DNA of 63,986 nucleotides, the filler included, from Dimargaris cristalligena (Eukaryota), in the NCBI GenBank assembly GCA_003614675.1. It is 3 parts of 3 records of this genome, joined end to end, with 100 filler letters (N's around TTAATTAATTAA, not from the genome) between each part and the next. Parts side by side here need not be neighbours in the genome. Positions count along the whole stretch, not along the records: positions 1 to 21,920 come from ML002650.1; 2 more parts are not named here. One strand, written 5' to 3'. The position numbers were made by a program, and so were the translations under genes. Shown here piece by piece: positions 1 through 11,884 of the stretch. The stretch's first letter is position 1; each line of letters begins with the position of its first letter. Under the pieces are notes generated by a model. The model made no database searches. It was not told the DNA's origin and saw only the letters and a list, made by a program, of their open reading frames with translations.

Positions 1-55
1 CCCTACGTCCTACTCGGCTCCCCTAAATACTAGTCCACCACGACCAAACGTAACA
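1..55 (+). mobile_element. Probable 3' end of an LTR or other repeat terminus, truncated by the window start
   Basis: Ends in ...CGTAACA (49-55). Shares the exact 14-mer AGTCCACCACGACC (32-45) and upstream CCCTA..CTCGG.TCC similarity with 22368-22432, which ends in ...CGTTACA. Confidence 0.4.
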
Positions 56-59
56 GGTA

Positions 60-1221
60 CCATACCAAATCTGTAGTCTATTCCCAATGTGGAGTGCCCT
101 ATGTTCCTGTGATGTACATATTTTTCAATAGCCTAAATTGAAGCCCCTGGTAGGTGGAGGCTACTGAGACAACCTGCTTTACAAACTATGATTTCCAATA
201 ACCAGGGGACCATAGTCCACAGTTTTATTAAATCAAATCCATTAGACAACAGGTGATTTGATTCATCATTAATATGGGAGAAGTTCATTCAGGCTGTATA
301 ACGAAAAATCCATTGGATGAGGCCAATATTACTGGTTAAAAGATATTCTCACATGGATTCGTCCATACACGTATTATGTAAAACCTTATACAGCTGGTTT
401 GAATTTCTTCCATATGTTGGTTCAACCATGGTCACCTACAGCTTATCAGATAGACTTATATAAAAATGGATTTGATAATAGTGTTGGTGGATGTTGCTGG
501 ATGTTTCAAAATGGTGAACTGCTGGGGGCCTGGCTACACTCCGTGCTGTGGGGTTGGTCATGAGAGCAGCCCTTTGCATGCAGTGGTTGTGGTACAGCCT
601 TAGGAAATGTGGTATTTTATGCAACATATAAATCATAGGCAATTCTTGGGATAATTGTGTCTCCAGATAACTAGGCCATAGAGGATGAGTTGGAGTCAGT
701 TAATTTCCGAGTTTATTATGGGGTAAGATGTCTCACCAGATAGCCCCCGCTGGGTCGATATTGAGGGGGAGGAGATGGATTACGTTGGTGGACCTCACAT
801 GTATAGATGGCCATTGTGTCCAAAGAAGACATTTATCAGTCACTTTTTGCCAACTGCATGGTATTCCTACCTGCAGAACCTGTAAACGCGGCATTCAATG
901 GGGCTTGTTATAGGTTTACTGAGGATATCTCGAAGGGAAGTATAGGGGCTTCAGGAAGAAACAGTGTATTACCTGGTATGGTGGGCAGTGGTTATTTACC
1001 TGGATCACATCAGCCGGAATAGTTGTCTGAGTCTGGATAGACGGGTTGGAGAATGATTCCCAACAATACCGTTTTCTTAAGGCGAACAGTATGGAAGAAT
1101 GGAATAAAGGATTGTAGCTTGCTGAAGCAACATCACACTGCTCGAGTATGGGGGATCCTCGTGGACGAGGCTGCTGGATTGTCCTTGAGAGAATTCCCAA
1201 CGAAAACTGAAAAAGAAACAT
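60..1221 (-). pseudogene. Possible decayed coding relic of unknown origin
   Basis: Minus-strand frames read as protein-like stretches broken by TGA/TAG/TAA (e.g. LRDILSKPITSPIECRVYRFCR*EYHAVGKK*LINVFFGHNGHLYM*). Partly CpG-poor. No recognisable family. Confidence 0.2.
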
Positions 1222-1285
1222 ATAAATAAGCGATATTTGTCGGGCGACTGGCTCTGCTGGATGCCCATATTTCGCCTTTCTAACC

Positions 1286-1323
<38 letters not shown>

Positions 1324-1527
1324 TAATCGAAGTGTTGGTTACTTGACCCTATAATTTTTTTTTACTAAAGCAAGTCGAGAAATCACCCTAACCCTGAGAA
1401 GTTCCGTTATATACAGGAGGTCCCTTGCGCTCGACTAACCATTCTATTATTCCCTCCCCTTTTACCGTGCCCCCTTTTTTTTGCATAACCCCCTTAAAGG
1501 TTTTTTTTTGCCCATAGTCTGTGTATC

Positions 1528-3159
1528 ATGCTAGCCGCTAGTAGGGTCGTTCAGGAAATGCCGCTCGGGGCTGACCTGGAGAAGCCGATTGCCCTTCGTG
1601 CCACCAGCGACCCCCTGCCTCATTCGTCGGCGAGAGAGCCTCAGTCCGGGCCGAGCCTTGCGGAAGTTGGTGTGCCCGATATATTCCCAGTGCCCCGCAA
1701 AACCCACACCCTACCCTACCTAGCCAAGCTATCTCTATCCTCCTCCTGTCAAGAACAACTTGAACTACTTGTGTCCCCGGCCCCATACGGTGCGGCAGGG
1801 CCTACCTCGGCTGACCCCTACCTGGAATGCCCTCCATTCCAGGTGTCGGTTGGTTTACCCACGCCTACCATTGACCCCGCCCAACCTCCCGCGGTTCCCG
1901 AGCCCAGAATACATAATAGAATAAACAACCCCGCCGGCGCCGCCGCTGTCAGGGTCGAACTCACTGCTGCCAGGCCACAGGTTGGCACCCAGTCGTCGGC
2001 TTCAGAGATATTAGCCCCCCAACCGGGGTTGCTTTTAACGCCCAAGTCTACCCACTTGTTATTTTCGGATGCCGAACAGGCTATAGTGGTGAAAGGGGGT
2101 TATTTGGATACTACTGCTGTACCTACCCCTCGACCCTCCACGCCCCAGACCGTTGCCACTGTGCTTCTCCCTCCCCCCGATGTGCAGCTGTATTCCCTGG
2201 GCCGTAACTCCCAGGGTCGCACATTTGCGACTATTCCCGACGATTTTGCCAAGCGCCCAGATACGGGGGACGCCTTAGTCGGCCGAACGGCCCCGCTCAT
2301 ATCTGCGGAGGAGGTGGAGACTTTCAAAGTATGGGCTGAGTTTTCGGCCAATGCCTACGATGATGTCACCGGCTGGCGAGGCCCCCGGTGCGGTGGCCGG
2401 ACGACGGGCACCCATACAGTCCGAACCTTCCATAGCCGCATGCCGGCCAGCGATGCCTACGTAGCGGTCAACGACCGACTGAAGAGCGTTATTTTAGCCT
2501 ACCGCGGCACGAGTCGCCCGTTGGCGGCCATCCAAGACCTGAAGATCGGCTTGCAGAAGTTCTTTCCCGACGCCCCGGGGGTAGATATCCACCGGGGGTT
2601 TATGGAATCCTACCTGGCCCGGGCCGATTCTATATACGCGACCGTGGAGGAGCTGGTCAACCGGCGGTACCCCGGTTACGATTTGGTGATTACGGGGCAT
2701 TCGCTGGGCGGGGCGCAGGCCCTGCTCGCCGCGGTCGATTTTAGCCGTCGGCAAGCGGCCTGGATTCCCCGGATCCGGCTCTACACCTATGGGCAGCCCC
2801 GGGTGGGGGACCGCGATTTCGCCCAGGAAGTCCAGCGGCTGGGCTTTTACATTCGGCGGATCACGAACGGCGAGGACCTGGTGCCCCGCCTGCCCCCACA
2901 GTTTCTCAATTACTTGCACTGCGGGACCGAAGTATGGATCAATAACAATCATCGACCGTGGCCGGGGCAGGAGTTCTCTACGGTGTTATGTGGACCCGTT
3001 GATAGTATCGGCGAAGACCCCATGGGGTGCAACAGCGTCGCAGTCATGAAACTGGAAGTACAGGACCACCTCAAGTATTGGAATATCGGGCTGGGGTCGC
3101 TGATCCTCAGTCAACCGATTATCTCGAGTGGCAATAAGGGCAGGTGCGATATCTTCTAG
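1528..3159 (+). CDS. Class 3 lipase (alpha/beta hydrolase) with a long Pro-rich N-terminal extension
   Basis: 543-aa ORF with ILAYRGT, IHRGF, nucleophile VITGHSLGGA, YTYGQPRVG, catalytic Asp in EDLVPRLPP and His in QDHLKYW. A splice-acceptor-like CCCATAG lies just upstream, so the 5' end is uncertain. Confidence 0.9.
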   Translation: MLAASRVVQEMPLGADLEKPIALRATSDPLPHSSAREPQSGPSLAEVGVPDIFPVPRKTHTLPYLAKLSLSSSCQEQLELLVSPAPYGAAGPTSADPYLECPPFQVSVGLPTPTIDPAQPPAVPEPRIHNRINNPAGAAAVRVELTAARPQVGTQSSASEILAPQPGLLLTPKSTHLLFSDAEQAIVVKGGYLDTTAVPTPRPSTPQTVATVLLPPPDVQLYSLGRNSQGRTFATIPDDFAKRPDTGDALVGRTAPLISAEEVETFKVWAEFSANAYDDVTGWRGPRCGGRTTGTHTVRTFHSRMPASDAYVAVNDRLKSVILAYRGTSRPLAAIQDLKIGLQKFFPDAPGVDIHRGFMESYLARADSIYATVEELVNRRYPGYDLVITGHSLGGAQALLAAVDFSRRQAAWIPRIRLYTYGQPRVGDRDFAQEVQRLGFYIRRITNGEDLVPRLPPQFLNYLHCGTEVWINNNHRPWPGQEFSTVLCGPVDSIGEDPMGCNSVAVMKLEVQDHLKYWNIGLGSLILSQPIISSGNKGRCDIF

Positions 3160-4319
3160 TATTTTTTAATTTTTTTTTTGCACTGCTCTTATTGACTTAT
3201 ACAGCAACATAGGAGAGCCTGTGGGGCTGTGAGTCTGTTGGACCGGTGTGCTGCATGGTATTTGGAATATGGGAGCCACATTATCTGTACTTGTATAGCG
3301 CCATTCGACATTCTCCGCATTACAATTATATTTATTTAACGAACTAAAGCGCCGGCATTTTATTTGTTCTAGGCTTGGGGGTGTTAAATCGGTATTAGTG
3401 AGTTCTAAGGATCATCGGGGGACGTTGTTTGGGACCTAATCAGCTAGCAAAGCCTCGTTAACTCCACGTCCCAATTAGTTTGATGATTTAATATCAGGCG
3501 GTTGCTGTAAATGAGCAAAGAGGAGCTAAATTTAGCCGAGCAAATGGGATGCATTAAAGGAGAATTTTAAACACCGGGATTTATTATACCCACAGTTCCT
3601 GAATCTATTGGCAGAAGGATATTGAAGAAGTAGGGGAGGGAGGGCTTGGTCGGAGTCGTTGCCTATAGTCGCTCTTAATGAGCACGCAATCGGAGAGAGC
3701 TGCATATACAAATAGAGGGTGGTATTACATGTTCTCTCCTCCTCTGGGTTTCTTTGGTAAAACAAGCATCAGCTAGGTAAAGCGACATGGGGAGGTATTC
3801 TTCAGTGGATACGGCTGACGCCATTTAAACATTGGTGGCGACTTCTAACAGTGGCGTCTTCGAGATGGCCTGTCATTTGTTAGAGGTCATCATTGGCAAA
3901 CGCCAACCAAACCCCTTTCCCAATCGAGAGGTTACAGCTTTAATAGCGGTAGGTGGATGATGTAGCGCGGGCTTGCTAAAGCAGCTGAGTAATGGGAGAC
4001 TTGGCCAACCAACGGTCAATTCCGTCGATTAAAGCGGCCCTACCCTGCAGCAATCTTGACAATGACGGTGGATAAATCCGAGAGGCGGCGACACCGAGCC
4101 ACTCAGATAGACGGTATACCATTTAGAGCCGTTTCGCATGATTTCAGCAGTATAGTTTGGTATATTATACTATACTGATTTGTACTTCCCACACACCACC
4201 ACTGTTTTTATGTGCGCGCCAAGATAACTCTCCCTCTCTCTCGCTCGTAATACTGCTTTACTGGATTATTATTTTCCTTTGTAATAACTCTGGCCCAAAC
4301 AGCCCACCCCTCTCTCTTC

Positions 4320-4357
<38 letters not shown>

Positions 4358-4408
4358 CCAGTGCCTTCTTCGACGATTCCCTCACCCTCCACTACTATAC
4401 ACCCCCAT

Positions 4409-5336
4409 ATGGCCCTACGACTTCGTTGTTCCTTCCGCTCCCTGTGTCCCTCGTTACCCGTTTCCAAGTCCACTTCCACCCTTCGCTTGTATACCACTAC
4501 CAATAGCAATAATATTTCCCGCATCCGCTTGCACGACGTTTATTCTTCGCGAGCCCCTCTTCCCATCAGTCGCATTCACTCCACCCCAGTGAATACTCTA
4601 TACATTCCCCTCGCCCCCCAAGCATACCGAACCACCGCCACCATGTCCAGCAACCCAGCGGCCAACCTTTCTAACACCAAGTCCGAGGAGGAATGGCAGG
4701 CTGTTCTCAATCCCGAGCAGTTCCGCGTGCTGCGCCAAAAAGGCACCGAGGCACCAGGCACCGGCGAGTACGAACACCACAAGGCCGAAGGTAAGTTGCG
4801 GTGGCTATTTCCCTGATAGACGATAATGCCCTCTCTCCATATAGTAGTAAAGCGCATTACCCTCCCCTTTCACCCTCCATTGAATCAAACCATACCATAA
4901 CCACCCTTGTAGTCGTTGGGGTGGGTGGCTCCCAAGTGAAAAGCACAATTACTACCTCCTAACTCTATATTAACCATTTACCACGGTACATGCGTGGCGT
5001 TTCCATATATATATATATATATATTTAACAAAAACAATATTTGGCTCGGCCCAACTTTATCCCACTCCACTAGGGGTCTACACCTGTGCCGGCTGTAACG
5101 CCCCGCTCTACAAGTCAGTCACCAAGTTTGATTCCGGCTGTGGCTGGCCGGCTTTCTACGACTCCATCCCCAACGCCATCATCCGCCAGCCCGACAATTC
5201 CGGCGGTCGCCAACGTACCGAAATTATCTGTGCCGCTTGCGGAGGGCATCTAGGCCACGTCTTCAAAGGTGAAGGCTTTAAGGTCCCGACCGACGAACGT
5301 CACTGTGTCAACAGCGTGAGCATCAAATTCCATTAA
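4409..5336 (+). CDS. msrB: Methionine-R-sulfoxide reductase B (Cys-type, Zn-binding), 2 exons
   Basis: Exons 4409-4790 and 5074-5336 (GTAAGT...TAG, phase 1). Motifs: EEEWQAVLNPEQFRVLRQKGTE, CAGC, KFDSGCGWPAF, CAAC-GGHLGHVF, catalytic RHCVNS. Alternative ATG at 4643. Confidence 0.95.
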
Positions 5337-5644
5337 AAAACCCCCGATGGCTAGGATGGTCCTAAAAGTAAATACGTAAATAAAGCAATGTATTCCAGTC
5401 AACCAATGGCTGGTTAAAACCAGTAGACCGGGAAAACTAATTGCACCCACCATTACCGGTCTCTTGATACTGTATGGTTGAGGGATATTTGTTCACAGGT
5501 ATAAGTGAGAACTAGATACTGATATAGTCAACTGTATTAGGGAGTTAGATGCCTACCAAATAACAGAGTGCTGCTTCTATGCCTCGTGCAGGCTTATGTG
5601 GTAATAGTGGGGGACTACTTTGGATAGCTAATTGTGAGCACTCG

Positions 5645-6705
5645 AACTGGGCTGGTTAACCTGTGTAGCATGAAGAGGGGAGGGTAAAAATAGAAATGTA
5701 TTGGTGAAATGTGAAGTAGATTAGGAATAGTTCAAAAGTATCAGACAACCAGCCTCCATATAGCAATATTAGGGGATGTTGCCTGGTTTAACCACTCTTA
5801 GTCCATCAAGAGTCCTGAGGATAGGCTTTTAATGGTAGGAGGGGCTTAGGCTTAGCCAAGTAGGCTACTAGCATTAGGTATAGGGTATAATACTAACTAA
5901 TAAAGGCTTCAGTAGCAGGGGTATGTAAGGGATGTGCAGTAGGCATACTTACTAGTTAGTATGGGGGGAGTAAGTGTATATAGTGGTTATTAAGTAAACA
6001 GGGGATAAAAATAAACTAAGGAATCTAACTGGTCCCAATGAGGCCTAGTTATATATATGCAGGGACAACTCCAGAGGGAGGTCCTAAGGGAAGGATACTA
6101 CTGGGACTAAGGTATAGGTAAATAGGCTAACTAAATAGCCACTAGTATCTAGAAGACTCTGATAGTAACTGGAAGAGTCTTTGGATTAACACTTGGGTGA
6201 TTAGTACAAAGAGGCAGAGTCCAGAAGGGGAAGGGTTATATAATATAGGGTGATCCCCTAATACAGAGGATGACCATAGTAAGGTTAATATAGTACTATA
6301 AGGCCTAATAGGGATGGGCACTAAGGTATCTGGATTAAGGAGGATTAGATGGTTTGTCAGTATGAGAATAGGGTAACTTTTAAATATGGTTCCTTTTTTT
6401 ACTAACTACTAAAAATTACTAAAGTCATTAGTCCAAGTATGATACTGTGTCAGTGGATGGTACTATATAAGCTAAATTGTTATGATGGCCAGCTGTGCCC
6501 AAAATATTCAATGTTTGTATAATATAGCTTATAGATAGGAGTTGAGTACAATTTAATGGCACCTTAAGGGACACATCATTTCACTCAGTGGGGGTATAAT
6601 TTCTAAGAGCTACCAATGAGATAATCCTCAGTGAAAGGATTTTGGGTTTTTAGATGGCAAGTATGTGCTTCACTATTAGAAAATATAAATACTTTATTTG
6701 TATTT
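5645..6705. repeat. Degenerate interspersed repeat or TE relic, copy A
   Basis: No CpG in about 1060 bp, TpA-rich, no open frame. 5785-6310 aligns in the same orientation with 11991-12507. Confidence 0.75.
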
Positions 6706-7097
6706 CGGGCCCAACATTCTATTACTAAAAGTGGAAATATTAAATGTTAGAGAAGATCATATCATATACCCAGAAAAACCAATCATTTTCTGATGTACCG
6801 AGTATAGTATGTGGAAAATTAAAGACAGCAATATAGTGGTGAACTACATGTCGCCCACAATAGACTTATTGTGCCTTTAAAAAAATGAAATATAAAAGAT
6901 GATTTACCAACATTGCTAGATCCAAGGTGAGAAATGAGGCAAGGGAAATATATCCTATCAACCGTAGGGACAATGAAAACCAAATATGATTACAGTATCT
7001 TGGGATTGGAGAGAGGCCAGGGCCCTTCAGTTTCCTCATTTTGGAGTTTCTAGTACAGGTCTCCGACACCAATCAAGTGATTGACTTCCCTGGCTAT

Positions 7098-8773
7098 TTA
7101 AACGGAATCCAGAGTGGATTGCATGAGTCTGGCATTGGGGGTATTGATCAGAACCTCGGGAATGGGCCCGGCCAAGACACTATCTCCACGCATTGTGCCG
7201 AGCTGATCACCCAGCGCCTTTCTCAATATGTACTTGTCCACAACAAAGGCGACGGTGTTTCTGACTGTGTCATATCGGATTTTGTTACCCAGAATGTCAT
7301 AGGGACAGTGTTCCAAGTCGGGAATGGGACGATTGGCTGCCTCAAGGTCCGACCGCATATTCTCCCATTTTTCGGCGAATTCATCCTTGGTACGGCTGAA
7401 TCCATATTTCTCGGCACACAGTTGGACCTGGCGAACAAAGTCCGCATTCATTTCTGATCCTTGGTAGAAATCGTAATGTAAGGGATATGGCCCATTTTCT
7501 AACATAAGCATGAAGCTCGGAATAATTAGGAACCAGTCGGCCTCCGCCCATGTAGCCCACTGTCTTTTGAGGTACTCGATTAGATTGTCCCAATCCTTCA
7601 CGGAAGCTAGAGTGAAAATCGTGGCAAGTTGGACCACCTCGGTCTGGGGAGCCGTAGACTCAAAACTATCTTCGATACCGTAGGCATTTTCCGCTGCGTC
7701 GAACAAAACCTGCTTTTCCGGTGCCCAGACCTGATTGCATGCCTTCTTGAATGAAGCACTACCGCTGTAGCTCGCCAAGAGATTCTGGAGTTCCAGTACT
7801 AGATCGATATTGCCGTCGGCCGCCAGGCCCAGCATTGGCGACATGACATACCTCTCATAGCGGGTGAGTTCCAAAAGCTCCACCACCTCCCAATGGGTCC
7901 CTGCGATCTGTTCGGCCTTTACATAGGCCTTTATGGCCTCGGTTATTTCAGGTAAGGGCTGTTTCTGGTAGGCATCGGATATTTCAGCCAGTTTGGAATC
8001 AATGAAGTGGTCGTCCTCGTCGTCAGTCGAGTCACCAGAAGGGTAGTAACCGAGGTTGAACTCAAACTTGAAAATATCGATTAGAGGGTCCTTTTCGTCT
8101 TGTGCAAGACTGTCATATTCTAGACTATAGTCGCCAACGCTGGGTAGGAGGCGTTTCATCTAAGCGGGGTTTAAAAACCAAATAGAAATATAAAAAAATG
8201 GCAGTCAAGGGATTGGATTTAGACGAAGGTAGGAAGAGAGTGGCTCTTCAAAATCGCCGCAGTCTATATCGCAGTGGGGCTAGGGTAACCAAATATTTCA
8301 CTAGCATATTCCAGCAACAACGGGCGTGGCAACGGGATTTCGGTGACAGTTGGAAGCTTGGCAATACCACCTAGGTAAACTCGACCCGCAGCTCTCTGAT
8401 GGAAAAACTGTGGTGTACTATTAGCATACATCATATTTCTAACGACATCTCTCTTATACTACCCCCTTACCATCATGTATCGATAAATAGGACTAAACTT
8501 GGTCAGTTTGTTATATCGCTGCGAAACCTTCATTAGCTCAGGGATTGTGTCAATGTCAATATGATCCAAGATTTTTTGAAATGTCTCATTGGCGAGTCGA
8601 TCAAGCGAGCCTCTAGAGGGAGGCGTAGTTTGACCCATGGGATGTGCCTGCAGCTGGATTTCTTGGGTGGATGGAGCTTCTTGATTGTCGAGTGGAGTGA
8701 GCACGGGGCTGGCCGCAACAATGGTCAATTGGACCATCCAGAAAAGCGAGAGGGTAGACACGGTAATCTTCAT
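7098..8773 (-). CDS. Putative secreted protein with an N-terminal F-box-like motif (about 454 aa, 2 exons)
   Basis: Exon 1 8773-8471 (MKITVSTLSLFWMVQLTIVAA-SP signal peptide; SLDRLANETFQKILDHIDIDTIPELMKVSQRYNKL) ends at a phase-0 GTAAGG donor. A phase-0 acceptor (pyrimidine tract, CTTAG at 8160) joins the 353-aa ORF 8159-7098. Confidence 0.7.
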
Positions 8774-11700
8774 GTTTGATGAATACAGGGGCGAATGGGG
8801 CACACTGGTGGTTGAGGGAAATCGAACGATGCCCTGCAGACGCGAGGGAGGGCGGAAGGAAGAAAGTTCTTTGGGAATTACCGCTCTATGAGTCGCTAGA
8901 AAACGGTACAGAATGCAAAGGTACTTGTTCACGAAATCCTCAATGTAAAGATTCAGGGGATGATAAGCTGTGGAGGGACAATTGGGGAGAGGGCAAGCCA
9001 CCCGGTTATATAGGCAACTCCTGGATCTAATTCCTTGCTACAGGCATCAAGAAAATCAATTTAAAACAAGAGCAGTTGAACCAAATCGTCGCATTTTATC
9101 GCTACATGCAATATAACCATGCATTGCTGAGCTCAAAAAAATATTAGAAATTGTGAGGCAGTTTACATTTGAGTGTAGCCCGTACAGAACCTCATCCCTC
9201 ATCTCTTCGACCGCCTATTTCTGAAAGAGACGAGGAGCGATGGTTCCACGGGGCCCCTTTATCATGGGTCAAACTCACTCAAACCATATTACAGACGCTT
9301 CCATCGAATGTTCAACGGTAGGACAGGAATATTATCATATAACCTGGTTGAAATCGAATGCTTTACCATTGGGCAGATATAGTGCCCGGTATGAAACATT
9401 TTTGGAAAAATAGGGTAATGGGGGCGCCGCAATCGCTCATCAACGATTAGATTCAATTAATACTATGGCCAAGCCACTGTTGTATAAGAAATATATATGG
9501 TGACTTATTCGTTGACTGGATCTCTCTTAAACGACTTGGTGAGGCTCAACCCGATGACACCCCCAACACCAACTACGGTGTAAATACTTTACTTGGAAGG
9601 GAGGAAGACTATCTGGGCGCACGGTTAGGGATGTCTACTAAAAGTGGGGTTCCCGCCAGTCTATCTACCATGGGATTTGGTAGTATAGGGTGACCTGGAC
9701 CTGCATAATAATCCGATTTTTATTGTACTAAGTCAAACCTAATAAGAGTGAACGCATATATACAAAAACAGGCAGGAACGGAACCTGCTGCCCTGGACCT
9801 TGAAGGCATTTCATTTCCTGGGGGATTAGGGGTGTAGGATTCTGTAGTTTGGCTGAGGTCCTGGGGACAGAGGTTGGCCATATTATTTGATAGCTTCAGG
9901 GCAATCTTGAAGGGCCAAGGGAAGGAAAGGGGTCCCAAGCCACATAATCCCACATTATCGTCAATAATAATATTGAACAGCTAATACATCATTTATTACT
10001 TGCAGTGTAGGCTAATCGGGCCGGGTTAATACTTACCCTAGGTGGACAGCATCCCTTCAATACGGTGGATATGACCATCCCAGTCGGAAAATAGTTTTGC
10101 AAATGACAAGAGGAGGGCGCAGACGGCCGCCAGCGAATGGTGGTACAGGGGCGTTCCATCATCCAGTAATTTGCGCTTTAGATGTAAGGTGGTCCTTTCC
10201 CAAGGTAAATGGGTGTAATAGTGTCAAAAAAATTCAACGGCAAGAGGACGCAATTATAAGGCTAGCTGGTCAATCTACGGGTATATATTGTTTTTTTAGT
10301 GGAATACCTAAAGTAAAAATTGAATATAGATGTATTGGACTCAAGAGAGATTGTGTTCCACTTTGTTTGAAGGATACTCATGGTTCCAACCACTGCAGAA
10401 ATGGCTAGTGTGGTCTGGTCAGGCCAATAGATGCGTGCAACTATGTGGTCACTTAAAGTACAGCATCAGTTTTGGGCCGAGCTAAATATGCATTGTTTAA
10501 TGACTGGGTTTAAACCTTCTATTATTAAGGCTGTCAGGTTACAGTGATTTCACAGCTGCTGATTTACCAAGGGCGCCAAATGCCGATAATACACACCCGT
10601 AGGCAGGGACTTTAGACCACAAGGTAATCGGGATGCCACCTTGACTAGGGAATTAGTATACATCTAAGCTATTATTGATATTGGCCATAGGTTAAGTTTA
10701 CAACAATTTACAGGCAAGTTACGATAAGACTGTCTTTTACTTCCAGCGGTTTTATATTTTCATAATACCGAGTTTATCATGGCTAGTATTATATCTCATT
10801 TGGCCACTCTTTATATTCGATAATATAATAGACCCGAAAAAACGCTGGTTGAATCCATATACTGTCGCCACTCGATACAGTCGAATTATCAGTGATGATG
10901 GGGTTATTCGCCCGACGATTTGGCACCCTCCTCAAGCCTATCCTCACACCCACACACCTTTCGCCCATAGAAATAATATAACCAACGACTCAAGGACAAT
11001 TCGTTTTATTTATTTTTTTAAAAAATTGTTTATAGGTACACTGAATCCATGGCTAATTGTGCAACCCAAAGGGGACAAGCTAATATGTTGCTGAACGTGG
11101 ATGTTGTACAAAAAAGTATTACTTTTTCATAATCCAAGGTAAGATGGTCCTACTCCCTTCTCAAGGGGCACCCCCTTACTCTCACGCCAGACTCCAGCGA
11201 AACACCCGAGAGTTGATGGCGTTACACTGGAGTTATTCTAGAAGGGTGCCTTAAAAAAAGTCTCTTTGCTCTTGTTGAACACCACCGCTATTCATATATC
11301 CCTCTTCCTCCCTATTGGCGTTCCGGTTATTTTGTAGACAGGGTTAAGATAGCAACTACCCAAGTGGCAGTTTGATTAAATGATGCGGCGTGGGCCAAAT
11401 TGGACACTTCCTACGTCTCCTTGGTCCCCAGTAGTTTCACTTGTTTTTTTTTCACTTCCAGCCATAGATCTCGTGGAGATAAGGCGTTTCATGTCCGTTT
11501 GCGGACGGGCTCGGAACTAGTATATTAGGTAAAATATATAGTTCCTGGAAAACAAATTCCAATGAAGGTAGAATGGCCGATTAGTTTTGTCTCTACAATG
11601 CGTGGTCTGCTGGCTAAATAATGGGACATGTTTTAAAAGTGAAACATAGGGGGCGGTTAGTGGTTGGCGGAAGAAGACTTAGTAGTAAAAATTTGATTGG

Positions 11701-11884
11701 TACAAAACCTCCAGTCGCAAAAAGTGTAGTTGGGGTATTTCCTTATCCGGTGACAAAATCGTCTAACTAATGATTGAAAAATCGGGACTCATGAGTCCCC
11801 AATGTGATTGCTTGAAACAAGAGCAGTACCTCATTAATAATAGTTTACATTTTATTGAAATAGCCAACCCTGTTAGTTTGGTCG

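Noticed and set aside
5295..5320. MsrB as a possible fungal selenoprotein
   Set aside because: The catalytic residue is encoded by TGT (RHCVNS) and there is no in-frame TGA.
8260..8407. Possible middle exon of the secreted F-box gene (acceptor CAG at 8410-8408)
   Set aside because: It runs into a TAG and has no good phase-0 donor. A single 8470-8160 intron gives a clean frame, though alternative splicing is not excluded.
11160..11255. Short complementary segments (GGCACCC/GGGTGCC, ACTCCAG/CTGGAGT, ACGCCA/TGGCGT)
   Set aside because: The stems are short and partly mutually exclusive, with no recognisable RNA family motif.
11784..11799. Perfect 16-bp palindrome GGGACTCATGAGTCCC
   Set aside because: About one such palindrome is expected by chance in 64 kb, and there is no supporting context.
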